Shown here one piece after another: positions 13,801 to 25,800 of a stretch of 64,000 bases of DNA (position 1 is the first letter of the stretch; each line of letters opens with the position of its first letter). The position numbers were made by a program, and so were the translations under genes. Origin of the DNA: Hormiphora californensis (Eukaryota > Animalia > Ctenophora); assembly GCA_020137815.1 (NCBI GenBank), contig CM035354.1, forward strand, positions 2,666,001 through 2,730,000, in the 5' to 3' direction. Under the pieces are notes generated by a model, which saw only the letters and a program-made list of their open reading frames with translations, ran no database searches and had not been told where the DNA came from.

Positions 13801-16800
13801 TGGGATAGAGAGAGTGGTTCTGTTAGAAACCAACTCCTTCAAGTGTTCATAGGCCCTGTTACATTCATCAGACCATACGAACTGGCGGTTTTTAGGGCCT
13901 GAAAGAATGTTATGCAGCGGCTTGGTGATGGCACTAAATCCCGGAACCCATTTTCGAATGTAATTGAAGGCACCCAAAACTTCACTCACTTCCTTTCTCG
14001 ACTTAGGAACTGGGAGGGATGTCAGGGCTTTCACTCTATCGTCTGTGATAGTGACGCCATCCCCACTGATAGCGATCCCTACAAACTCCACCTCCTTTTT
14101 CAACAGTTCTGTCTTTCCCGGCGATATCTTGAGATTAGCTGTTTGGAATCGGTTTAAAAGTTTTTCCAAACGGGTCAGGTGTTCTGCCACCGTTTTGGAA
14201 GAAAGAAAAACGTCATCAACAAAATAAATAACCTGATCAATCGGCAAGGTTCCCAACAACTTTTCCATCATTCTAGTGAATTTCGAGCTGGACGCTTTAT
14301 GACCCATAATTACACGGGCAAAACATAATTGGCGACCACGATATAGAAAAGCTGTTACCTTTTTCGATTCTTCTGAGTATGGAACTTGCCAGAATCCTTT
14401 TGACAGGTCGAAGTTCGAAAATATCGAGTCACCTCCAATACTGTCCAAAACATGATTCAGGTTAGGAAGTGGGTAGCTATCTCCAACACATTCCTGGTTC
14501 ACACACCTCAGGTCAGCCACTAATCTCCAAGATCCTGCTGTCTTCTTCTTCACTAGGAAGATGGGAGAGTTCCAGTCAGAGGGTTGCTGCAATTCCTCAA
14601 CCACTCCCACTTCCATCATCTTCTGGATATTTCTATCCATTTCCTCCCGCAACTTGTATGGGGTAGGAATAGGGTTGGTCCATCGAGGTTGTGCTCCCTC
14701 TTTCAACCGGATATCAGCGGTGTACATGTTTGAACAACCGATGTCGTAGTCATCATAACTGAACACATTCCGATATCTCCAGAGTATCTCTCGCAGTTGA
14801 CCCTCCTCTTCTTCAGTCATCTGTGGGCCCTGTCGGTCTGCTAAACCAAGCCGCTCGAAGAGCTCCTCCCTAGTCCACCGTTCAGTAATCACAGAAGATA
14901 CCATGTTTACGGAACTGGTCTCTCCCCAATTTGCACCGGAGATTGGCACATAATCAGGAATGGGACCATATCTGCCCAAAATCTGCCTCTTGCTGATGGT
15001 GATTGGAAGAGACGAAATGTTGACTACCTTCAGAGTAACCTTTTGATCTCGTCCTTCAGAAACAGCACTCGCCACCAACAGCCCTTCTTCTCCGGCTGCT
15101 CCAAATGGTGTCACCATCCCTACACACGGTTTCAAATGTCGAGGAAGACGACCCTGAATGTAGGCTACAGAATCAGCAGGTATAACTTGTCCGCTCAGCC
15201 CTCTTATCAGGTGTGATTTCTTCACATTCTCCAATCGTGGAACAAATGGTACACTCTTCCCTCCCTCGAGATGCAACAATTCCTTCCCATAATCTAAACA
15301 GCAACGGTTGATAGAAAGGAAGTCATGTCCCAGCAATACTTCCGTATCCATCGAGCTACACACCACAAAACACTGCTTCATTGTTCTGGTGCCCACGGAG
15401 ATTTTGAGATCAATGGTACCATGGAGTGGTATGTGATTCCCACTGAAATCAAAAACGCGGCGACTTGTAGGGAGAATCTGACTCATCTGGCCCATTCTCT
15501 GTACAATCTGTTTACATATATACTCTCTCTCGTTGTTACGTTGCTGCTCTCGATTTGATCCAGTACATATCTACTTCCGAGATATACCTGCAGCTGCACA
15601 ACGACACCCTGTACAGTACCTATACAAGCTTGTACTAGTACATGACTGCAAAGAGGACCCGGGCTGCTAGGGGGCGCCCACTCCCGCCCCCGCTCCTAAC
15701 ATCCCCCTAGCAGACCCACCCCCCGTCGGGTAGGTTTTGCGCTCATGTGTTTTCAATTTCTCTGCTCCTGCTTTTCTCTGCTCCTACCATAGCCACCCCC
15801 TCCCGCCTCCCCTCACCTCACCTACAATTCACTGAGGTACATCAACCTGAGTACGAGGACGGTCGGAGTATGATGACAACCAACACCCCACGACCACATA
15901 CCAGTAAGAACAGGACCTCTGGCTCTATATCTACCAAGTCGGTTTGTGTGATTTTGCTGGTTGTGGGATTGGGTACCGGATTGCCGCTCTGGGGAATTGG
16001 CAAACTTGGCACTGAACCCAAATGTAAACTGAATCAAAAACAATAGCCGAGTACCCTCTCTTTCTCGACTAATTGCCCCTACTTTTTCTCTGCTGCAAAA
16101 AACTTGGCATGGACGGGGTTCGATCCGCTGCCCTCTCGCTCCGTGTGTGTGTCGGCTCTGCCGGTTGCGCCACATATGGGTTGGGGAATCTGCGATTCAG
16201 ATGTATTTACAGCAAACCCAAATAGCTACACTCCTCGAAAAAAACTACCATGACGGGCCGCGATCTTGCCTGCCTGCTCGGACTGGGCGCGGCGTTGTGG
16301 GGGATTACAACGACTGCGCCAGGTAGGCGATGTGAATGTGCGATTCTGACATATATATACCATGCAAAATCTACGATTACGGACTAGTATCACCTGGCGT
16401 TGTTTTGGAATGTGACAGTGAACACATTATTGACTTTATTATGTATCATATCTAGAATCCAAGAGTGTGTACCACTACCCGCCACCCAACCCCCTACCTA
16501 CTAGTACTAGTACTACGCACAAACTATCTATCCCTTATCTCACCAACCCCCCATGTTCACTGCCATCTCCCAATCAGAAACTATTTCTGCATCGTTGCTT
16601 TTGCATCTCACACGGTAGCCACCCGTAAACATATCTCTCATGAAGCACATGTCTCAGCCCATACCTGCTCTTTTCAATTTCGGTGCCCCTCTCCTGGGTC
16701 ACCCCTCCCTCACCACACCAGCTCTCTCCGGTGTTCCTCTCCTGGGTCACCCCTCCCTCTCCACACCAGCTCTCTCCGGTGTTCCTCTCCTGGGTCACCC

Positions 16801-19800
16801 CTCCCTCTCCAAACCTGCTCTCTCCGGTGCTCCTCTCCTGGGTCACCCTCCCTCTCCACACCTGCTCCCTCCGGTGCTCCTCTCCTGGGTCACCCCTCCC
16901 TCTCCACACCTGCTCTCTCCGGTGCTCCTCTCCTGGGTCACCCCTCCCTCTCCGGTGCTCCTGTCCTGGGTCACCCCTCCCTCTCCACACCTGCTCTCTC
17001 CGGTGCTCCTTTCCTGGGTCACCCCTCCCTCTCCACACCAGCTCTCTCCGGTGTTCCTCTCCTGTGGTCCCCCTCCCTCTCGTGCTCCTCTCCTGGGTCA
17101 CCCCTCCCTCTCCACACCTGCTCTCTCCGGTGCTCCTCTCCTGGGTCACCCCCACCTCTCCAGTGCTCCTCTCCTGGGTCACCACTCCCTCTCCACACCA
17201 GCTCTCTCCGGTGCTCCTCTCCTGGGTCACCACTCCCTCTCCGGTGCCCCTCTCCTGGGTCACCCCTCCCTCACCACACCAGCTCTCTCCAGTGCTCCTC
17301 TCCTGGGTCACCCTTACCCCTCCACACCTGCTCTCTCCGGTGCTCCTCTCCTGGGTCACCCCTACCTCTCCGGTGCTCCTCTCCTGAGTCACCCCTACCT
17401 CTCCGGTACTCCTCTCATGGGTCACCCCCACCTCTCCAGTGCTCCTCTCCTGGGTCACCCCCACCTCTCCAGTGCTCCTCTCCTGGGTCACCCCTACCTT
17501 TCCACACCAGCTCTCTCCGGTGCTCCTGTCCTGGGTCACCCCTCCCTCTCACACCTGCTCTCTCCGGTGCTCCATCGGGTCACCCTCCCTCTCCACACAG
17601 CTCTCTCCGGTGTTCCTCTCCTGGGTCCCCTACCTCTCCGGTTGCTCCTCTCCTGGGTCACCCCACCCCCGGTGTCCTCCCCGGTCACCCCTACCTCTCC
17701 CAGTGCTCCTTCCTGGGTCACCCCTACCTCTCCGGTGCTCCTCTCCTGGGTCACCCCTACCTCTCCGGTGCTCCTCCCCTGGGTCACCCCTACCTCTCCA
17801 GTGCTCCTCTCCTGGGTCACCCCTACCTCTCCGGTGCTCCTCTCCTGGGTCACCCCTACCTTTCCGGTACTCTCCTCTCCGGGGTCACCCCTACCTCTCC
17901 GTGCTCCTCCCTGGGTACCCCTACCTTCCGTGCTCCTCTCCTGGGTCACCCTACCTCTCCGGTGCTCCTTCCTGGGACCCCTCCTCCTCTCCATACCTGC
18001 TCTCTCCGATGTCCTCCCTGGGCACCCCTCCCTCTCCGATGCTCCTCTCTGGCCACCACCTTCGATCCCTACACACTGAGACCGCAACACCGAATACTCT
18101 GCTCATTCTTCTTCTTCTCATGGTACTCCCAGGCCTCAGCTTTAACGTATCCTGGTTAAGTGGAGTGGTAAATCCCACAGTAGCACACTTTATAGACACC
18201 CCGACCAGTCCCTGAGGAGCAGACTACACAACCCCCAAAGCTAAACCTGAACGCTGAATGATTCATTACTCCCCAAGCACACACTCCTCATCTCAGCAAC
18301 ACCACTCCCCAAGCAAAACTCCTCGCTCAGCAACAGATACCTGATCCGGAAAAGAACATGCAGCGACATTCCATGGACGGATCCATATTAGACAATATCG
18401 GGCAGGATACACCGTCCCGGAATGAACCTGCATATTTCACAGCTCGACTCCAGAGGCCCTGTATACGACCCAAAGACCAACACACAGATACTGTTTTAAA
18501 TCTACAGAAACAGATCCTGGATACCATTGACCTATTGAGCATTGGACGCCATAAAGTCACGACCTTGATGGAGATACATGGGAACAACCACCCTCAACTC
18601 GAAGTGCAAACTAAACATACGAACAGCCAGTAATGATGTGTCCAAAATATACAAGGACCTTATACCGCACTCCTCAACACAGTCAAATCAATCTACCCAG
18701 ACATCCCCGGCGATGATTGGAACAATCTGACAATCATCTCCACCTACAGCAGGGAAATGAGTCAAATTCGTCACTTGCAATGATGTCCTTGACATCGTCC
18801 ATATCGGAAGATCGCAGACTGTTCAATACAAATCAAAATACAATAGTGGACGCTCTCTCGACAAAATCGTGCTCTATTCATCAACCCGAAACACAGAGCT
18901 TCTGTCAAGGTTATCACTAGCTCCTCCTCTGAAGAATCCCTTGACTTCCACTACTGGATAGTCCCCACATTCAGAACTCCAATACAAAATCCCATTCCAC
19001 CTGCTGTGGAACCGGAATCCATCGGCCACACAACAGACTCGCAAGAGAAAACCACTGACCAAGCATCTGACGAAACGAACGATCCCAAACCAGAGACCCG
19101 GGCTAACCATAACCCCAGAAGAAAAAGATCCAGATTGGCACAACCGAGTCCACAACCACAAAGAGATCAGTCCTGAACAAGCTCAGAAGTGCAACACCGG
19201 ACTCGCCCAACTTATCTTTGAACCCGACAGCAAAAACTTCATCAAAAGGAACTGCGACAATATAATCACTTTCGGCCACCAAGAAAACCCTTAGAAGCTC
19301 TGCGAGAGTCCGCGACCACCCTTACTGACATACTCGATGCAAGGATGCTCCTTCTCAAGACTAGACTCTTTTTGAGAAACTAGTAGGCCCTCGGCTAAGT
19401 TTTGCCGAGCCATGCTGGAACAGTTGACATCAACCGCCGTAAACTTGGAACTAGACCGACTTGAAATTGAGTCAAGTGTCAACGCGTGGCCTTCAAAAGA
19501 ACTCTAACTGGTCAAACACTGTGCGAAAGATTCTGAATCTACCCCACATACAGCTAGCAAAACCACATTACTGCAGCAAGCTTAAAGAAATCTTCCAGAA
19601 AAGCAGATTAAGGCCCGACCAATCAACAAAGGTGGAGAATCCTCAGAACACACCAATGGGAACCAGACAGGAAGATGTAGCCAAACAACCGGCTCAGCCT
19701 GAATCCTCTAAAGATATCATATCAAGCTAATGGAAGAAAGACTTCTTTCTCTCACTGGAAAGAAAAGATGGACTCGATGTCAGCGGCAATGTCGCCAGCG

Positions 19801-22800
19801 ACAACGGAACAGAACGGCCTAGGAGAATCGAAACGAAGATCCAGAACCTCCATAATCAGGAAGATCAGCAAAAACTCTTACAGAATCAGCAACTGTTGAT
19901 CAATCAACTTCAAACCACCACGAACAACCTGAACCAAGCCCTTGAGAAATGCACCAGACCTCCAAGACTCCGACCTACCCCTAGCACCACCAACCCATCC
20001 TACAACTCACGGAGGAGGCAGGGCTCTACTAGACCAGATCAAAGCACAACCAGCTCTGGCAACACAACTCAAACCCATCAGTCCCCACATGAGGCAGCCC
20101 AACGCACAACCACCCACTAGAGAGGAACCACAACTGCAAGTGGAGACCTCGCTCCAAGTAAAACCAAAATGCTTCATAGCCCACGGCGCGGAATGGACGC
20201 ATTTGATAGGACCGTTCTCAAATCTTCGACATCGAAACACACAAGATAGCATCACTAGAGGAGGCCAAGACTGAACCCTCAAATCCCAGTGAACTCCAAA
20301 AGCTATCAGGAAGCATCGCCACCGGTGCCATCGTCTTCACGTAGGCAAGGAGGACATCCTTAAAAACTTAAAGACAAGCACCTATTTCAGCTAGATAGAA
20401 ATACTAAAGTCTGTGGTAAAGGGATACTACAAACAACCCACCTCTAAGATCTGCGTATCTCTACCGATACCGGCTCCCAACTACCATCTCTCATGCCAGC
20501 ATCAAAAACTGGAACCTACAATATCCAGATTCATCACAGAAACTCAGGAAAACCCAGCCTTCCCCAACTAACCGGGTATTCACAATAACAACGCCAGAAT
20601 CGTGAACACACTACAACCCAAGTTGCAACAGACAGTGGTAGTAGAAAGTATACCAACCGAACATGGTGGGAAAAACTCTGGCTAATCTCAGAGAAGGGCT
20701 AAACAGAATGACCAATCCAACCACAAAGAAGACCTCACACATGAAGAGTTAATTCTCAAGCGCACCGAGCAAACAGTTGCACGCTCAACATCGTGTCCTG
20801 GAACATTCACGGAATCAAAGACGCTAATGCTTGGGCCCAAACCAACTGTCATGAATTTCCTCGCCAACTGGGGGGTTCCCACGTATTCACTTCTACAAGA
20901 ACAAAGGGATCTGTTGAGTTGACAGCTAATCTGCCACAACAAGACACGTCCCAACCACGATCTTGCGGACTAACCATCGGCGTCCACTCAACTATAGCAG
21001 CACACACTAAACAATCAAAACTGACCACGAGGACCTTCTCGCACTAAGGATTTCCAGGAAAATCACGGACAGGGAAGGACCTCACCATCATTAATGTTAC
21101 GATCTCCACCCGAAAGCAGTTACAAAAAGAAAGGGCAGGTACCAGTGAGGAGAGGGACCCACACTCCATGACCTGAGCCAACTGCTTCTATCGTCTAAGG
21201 CAAACCGAGATCCCTAATTGCCGGTGACCATGAACGCTAGATTGAGTGGACTCAACACGATCCCACCACTCTCAACACATCTCTGATGACATTCTCTCCA
21301 GCGGAGACCCCGTCTTAAAACAACTCCGCAACCAGCAAAGATACTGTCTGCAATGACAGAGGAGCCAAGCTACTTGACTGTCTGTCATCAGCTGAGCTTA
21401 CCATCCTAAACGGCTGTACAATTGGTGATCTAACAGGTACAGATACCTGTCACACGTACATGGAGCTAGTGTTTTGATTACATCATTGCCTCTGATAGCA
21501 TTCGCTGCTCCACCCCCCGATCTCTCAAGGTCAGGCCACTCCTGCCACTATCGGACCACTGCCCAGAAGTGACGCTAACACCAAGACGACATTGAAAAGT
21601 GAAACAGCCCAAGGAAGCTCTCTAACCTACCAGACGCTCCTGCGGGCGAAACCAAATGGAAGACAACCACCGCCCAAGCTACTCAAGAACGGCAATGAAA
21701 GGACTCTGATGCATCTCGGGTATCGGACAACCTGCAATTGCCGTGATGATGTGTTTTACACCATGAACCAAAAAATATCAGACTGGCTTGCCGCCCCAAC
21801 TCAAAAGCACTGAACCAGCTGGAGACAGAAAAAGAAGCATAAAAACGATACACGAAATCTAAATGGTATTGATAAAGAGTGGGACATCCTACGCTTTGAA
21901 ACCAAACCGCCTTGCCGAGCCCATGGCAAGGGAAAACTGCTACACCCAGGATCAAAGACCTCTAACCACCACGAAACGATTGTATCGTTCGAACAATGAG
22001 GAAAAGAAGAGCCCAGCTCAAGCAAAACTTGAGCAGCAGAATTATTGCATTCAAAACATTGAACGGGACACAATCGAGGAACTGAAACAGCAATTCGATC
22101 AAAAAGAGAACTCAGCATCTCTATATGACCGACTTCCAAGCTCTTTCAATAAGCGTTTACTCCAAAATCAGAACGAGAGAAAAACTGACACCTGGAAAGC
22201 TGACATCCATACAAAATACAATCTGCAACAACAAATCAGACCTGGAAAGCACTCACCAACCTAATGCACTTCAATTGATGTCGAAAAGGCTATCAAGGAT
22301 CTTAAAAAGGTGGCAAATCGCCCGGCATTGATGAATACCTACGAACTACTCAAAGAGGCATGGTCCCAACACGATTACAGCTACTCACACATCTGTATAA
22401 CCAATGCCTCGAACACGGCGTGTACCCTTGAACACTACGGTTATAACCCTATACCACAAAAAGGCCAAACATGACCCTAACAACTACCGAGCCATTGCTG
22501 TAGGGAGCGTCTGGGGCGTGTCTTCTCCGCCATCTATCTGGAGCGCCTAGTGAACTTCAGGAAGACTCACTGCCCGGACCCGCCCAACCAACACAAGGCT
22601 TTGTGAAGGGCGCGCAGACCAGCGACCACCTTTTAACAACTCCATACTGCCATTCAGAAAGGATACAGAACAAGGAAGGCTCTACACTTGCTTTATCGAC
22701 TTTCGTAAGGCATTCGATGGCCTCAACAGAGAACGCCCTTCTCCTAAAACTGCTAAACCTTGGAGTTCGTGGGAAGTTCTTCAATGTACTCGACCACATG

Positions 22801-25800
22801 TAAACAACTCCAAGTCGCCTAAACATAGCTCAAAATCTCTGATCTCATTGACATCCAAATTGGCACAGAGCAGGGGCAATGTCCAAGTCCAGAGCTTTTC
22901 AAGTGTTTCCTCTTGGACCTATCCACAATACTCATGATAAAAGACCTGGAATCTGACCCATAGCACTAGGAACAGCCCTAGTGGAACTCACTTGCTCTGG
23001 GCTGATGATCTGGTACTTATGTCAACCTCGCTAAGGGTCTACAAAAACTCCTCGATTGCCCTCTACCGGTTCTGCTCTGATTGGGATCTTACCGTTAACA
23101 CCGAAAAAACGGCTATAATGGTCTTTAACCAAGCTGGAGGAAACTCAAGAATCCAACGGCTTCTCTACGGGGACTCACACATCCCATCAACCAAGACCTA
23201 TCAATATCTCGGTTTGACTTTCTCGGTGATGGTAACCTACGAGAAGCCAAAAACAAACTGAGAATCAGAGCATGGGGAGCATTTTCGCCATAAAAAAATA
23301 GTGGATATTGATCAATATCCAAGCACGCGGCCCTAAAACTATTGATGCTCTGGTAGCACCTGTAGCAGGGTATGCATCAGCTATCTGGCTGCACGAACAA
23401 GATTTCTCAAGACATTCTAAACGGGAACATGTGAAACTACATCGAAGGACATCTGGGACACCCAAACAGAAAAATGTCAAACCAGCTTTTCTGAGATGCT
23501 ACTGGACTTCGGAAAAACACACCGCTACCTCCCACTCCTAACGGGGACACTGATAGAGTCCCCCTGGCCGTAAAAACAGCAACACCGCTGGACTTCCACA
23601 AGGACTATGTTCTGAGCAACACTCTCGACAACCAAAGCAGCTAGTCGTACACGCCTATAACGAACAGAACGACTACAGTTGCCCTGGTATCAAAGTGTCC
23701 TAAGGACCTCCTCGAGATATTCGACTCCAATGTCCACACCGCAGAAGACACTTCTCCCTAACTCCCAACTCGTGCAGCCCGTATCTCGAATTGGTTTGGA
23801 CCCAATGGGACGATATTCGCCACAGCAACCGGAAGCTTGAATTCTACAACAGTGTCAAGACCGGACATGGCTTTGAGGATTACCTAGAAAGAAGGACGGC
23901 ACCTGACTTCATCAAGTTAAGAACGAGTACCCACCGCCTAAAAAATCGAAACCGGACCCCATAACAAAACTGACAGATCTGAGCGCCTCTGTGATGATTG
24001 CTCCTCACCCGTCTAACTCTCTACTCCTCGTGCCCCCCCTTTCTTCGACCCCATCATCCAAGATGAAGTAGGCACATGCTGAATGAAGGATCGGAATTTT
24101 GGGCCCAGGGAAAAAGCTCTTTTCCCCCCCAATTACACCCCACTGCATTGCAGCCCTAAACCGGAAATTCGAAAATTGTTTTCCCGATCATTTTCGTTTT
24201 TTGGGGTTTTATTAAAAGGGGGGGCCCAGGGAAAACAAAAGGGGCATCAAACAAAGGAATATGGAAATTATCGTACAAGTCTTTACTCTTCTTTTCCTAT
24301 CTTCTATCTTCTCTTTTAATTTTTATCTCTTTGTTTTTGTCATTCTTTTTCCCCGATAGCCATTGGGGCGAGTGGGTTTGAAAATTTAAACAGACCCCGT
24401 TCCACCCCGGTGGTCCCACAAGAGATACAAAGCTTTAGGAATAAAAGATGAACTCTCTCTCTCTCTCCGTCTCAATTGTTCTAGCAGTTGGATCCCCTCA
24501 GGCTTTGCTCTAGAAGGACTTTCCCTTTTTGTTTGAGTTTTAAATTATAAAACCCAATCTCAATATCCGTTTTGTCAACCCCATTTTAAGTTTCTAAACA
24601 ACCCCCTTGGCTTGCACCGTCATATTTAGAAGATTCTCCAGAATCAGAATTGTAGTCAGCCCCTTTTTTTAGTTTAACCCCCCTTACATTTGTGGGGGGG
24701 GAAACAGGTTGAGAGGAAGCCATTTTCATCTTTTTTTTTTAGCCCAGCTTTCCAGGGATATCTGTCCCCCTTTTGACAGCGACTGACAGGACCTCGAGAC
24801 CCTTTTTTTGGGGGCTTTTCCCCCGTTACGAAACCTTTCTAAATAAGGTAGTTTTTTGTGCCCAAATAAGGTAGTTGTTTGTGCCACCCACTACCAAATA
24901 AGGTAGTTGTTTGTGTCACCCACTACCAAATAAGGTAGTTGTTTGTGCCACCCACTACCAAATAAGGTAGTTGTTTGTGCCACCCACTACCAAAAAAGGG
25001 GGAAAGTTGTTTTTTTGCCCCCACTTCCAAAAAAGGGGTAGTTTTTTGGTCCCCAAAAATAAGGTAATTTTTTTTTGCCATCCATTTCCTAATAAGGTGG
25101 GTTGTGTCACCCAAACCTAAAATAATTTTTTTGTCCACCCATACCAAATAAGGTAGTTGTTTGTGTCACCCACTTCCAAATAAGGTAGTTGTTTGTGCCA
25201 CCCACTTCCAAATAAGGTAGTTGTTTGTGCCACCCACTACCAAATAAGGTAGTTGTTTGTGTCACCCACTACCAAATAAGGTAGTTGTTTGTGCCACCCA
25301 CTTCCAAATAAGGTAGTTGTTTGTGTCACCCACTTCCAAATAAGGTAGTTGTTTGTGTCACCCACTTCCAAATAAGGTAGTTGTTTGTGCCACCCACTTC
25401 CAAATAAGGTAGTTGTCTGTGCCACTTCCAACAGGCAGGTTTTCAGCAGGTTTCTAGTTTAGTGAGGGATTTTAAAGGTAGGTTTGGAGGGAACTTGAGA
25501 AGTGTGTCTTGGTAAAAGCAACGATTTTCAGACTTTAAAGGTAGACCAATTTGAGCCAATAACATCATAGAAGTGTACCATGATAATCGATTAATGGTTT
25601 TCGGTATGTCGCCCCCTTTTCCCCTTCCCACCCTCATGACGGGTGCACACCATACCCCCTGGGCCCCTGATTCTTTTGAGGGTCGCTTGTTCACCGAAAA
25701 AAATGTGGGTGGTTTTAGTAGGGGTGAGTGACAAGTGGTCTAACACATAGCCAACTAATTATCGGTTCCCCCATATCCTATTAACACCGATTCAGACTCT

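Larger units (their letters stand above)
3650..15514 (-). mobile_element. Ty3/Gypsy LTR retrotransposon, 5'-truncated (gag, 5' LTR and protease active site not seen)
   Basis: Domain order PR-RT-RNaseH-INT on the minus strand, followed by an extra ORF, a PPT and an LTR-like end. Confidence 0.85.
15515..24468 (+). mobile_element. Non-LTR retrotransposon (LINE; CR1/L2/RTEX-like), heavily frameshifted
   Basis: APE motifs SWNIHG (~20796), CNDRG (~21348) and LSDHCP (~21548); RT motifs DPNNYRAI, FIDFRKAFD, GTEQG and LLWADDLVL (22470-23020); AATAAA then (CT)n at 24439-24468. The 5' boundary is uncertain. Confidence 0.85.

Noticed and set aside
16465-18215. Long ORFs of 234-564 aa in several frames
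   Set aside because: A stop-free minisatellite open on both strands, with unit lengths that do not preserve one frame.
18240-24080. Programmed frameshifting or RNA editing to explain the LINE indels
   Set aside because: The indels are frequent and scattered, consistent with decay or unpolished long-read error.
24600-24720. Possible gag zinc-knuckle remnant on the minus strand that would continue the Gypsy element
   Set aside because: The sequence is too corrupted, and the plus strand fits host exons better.
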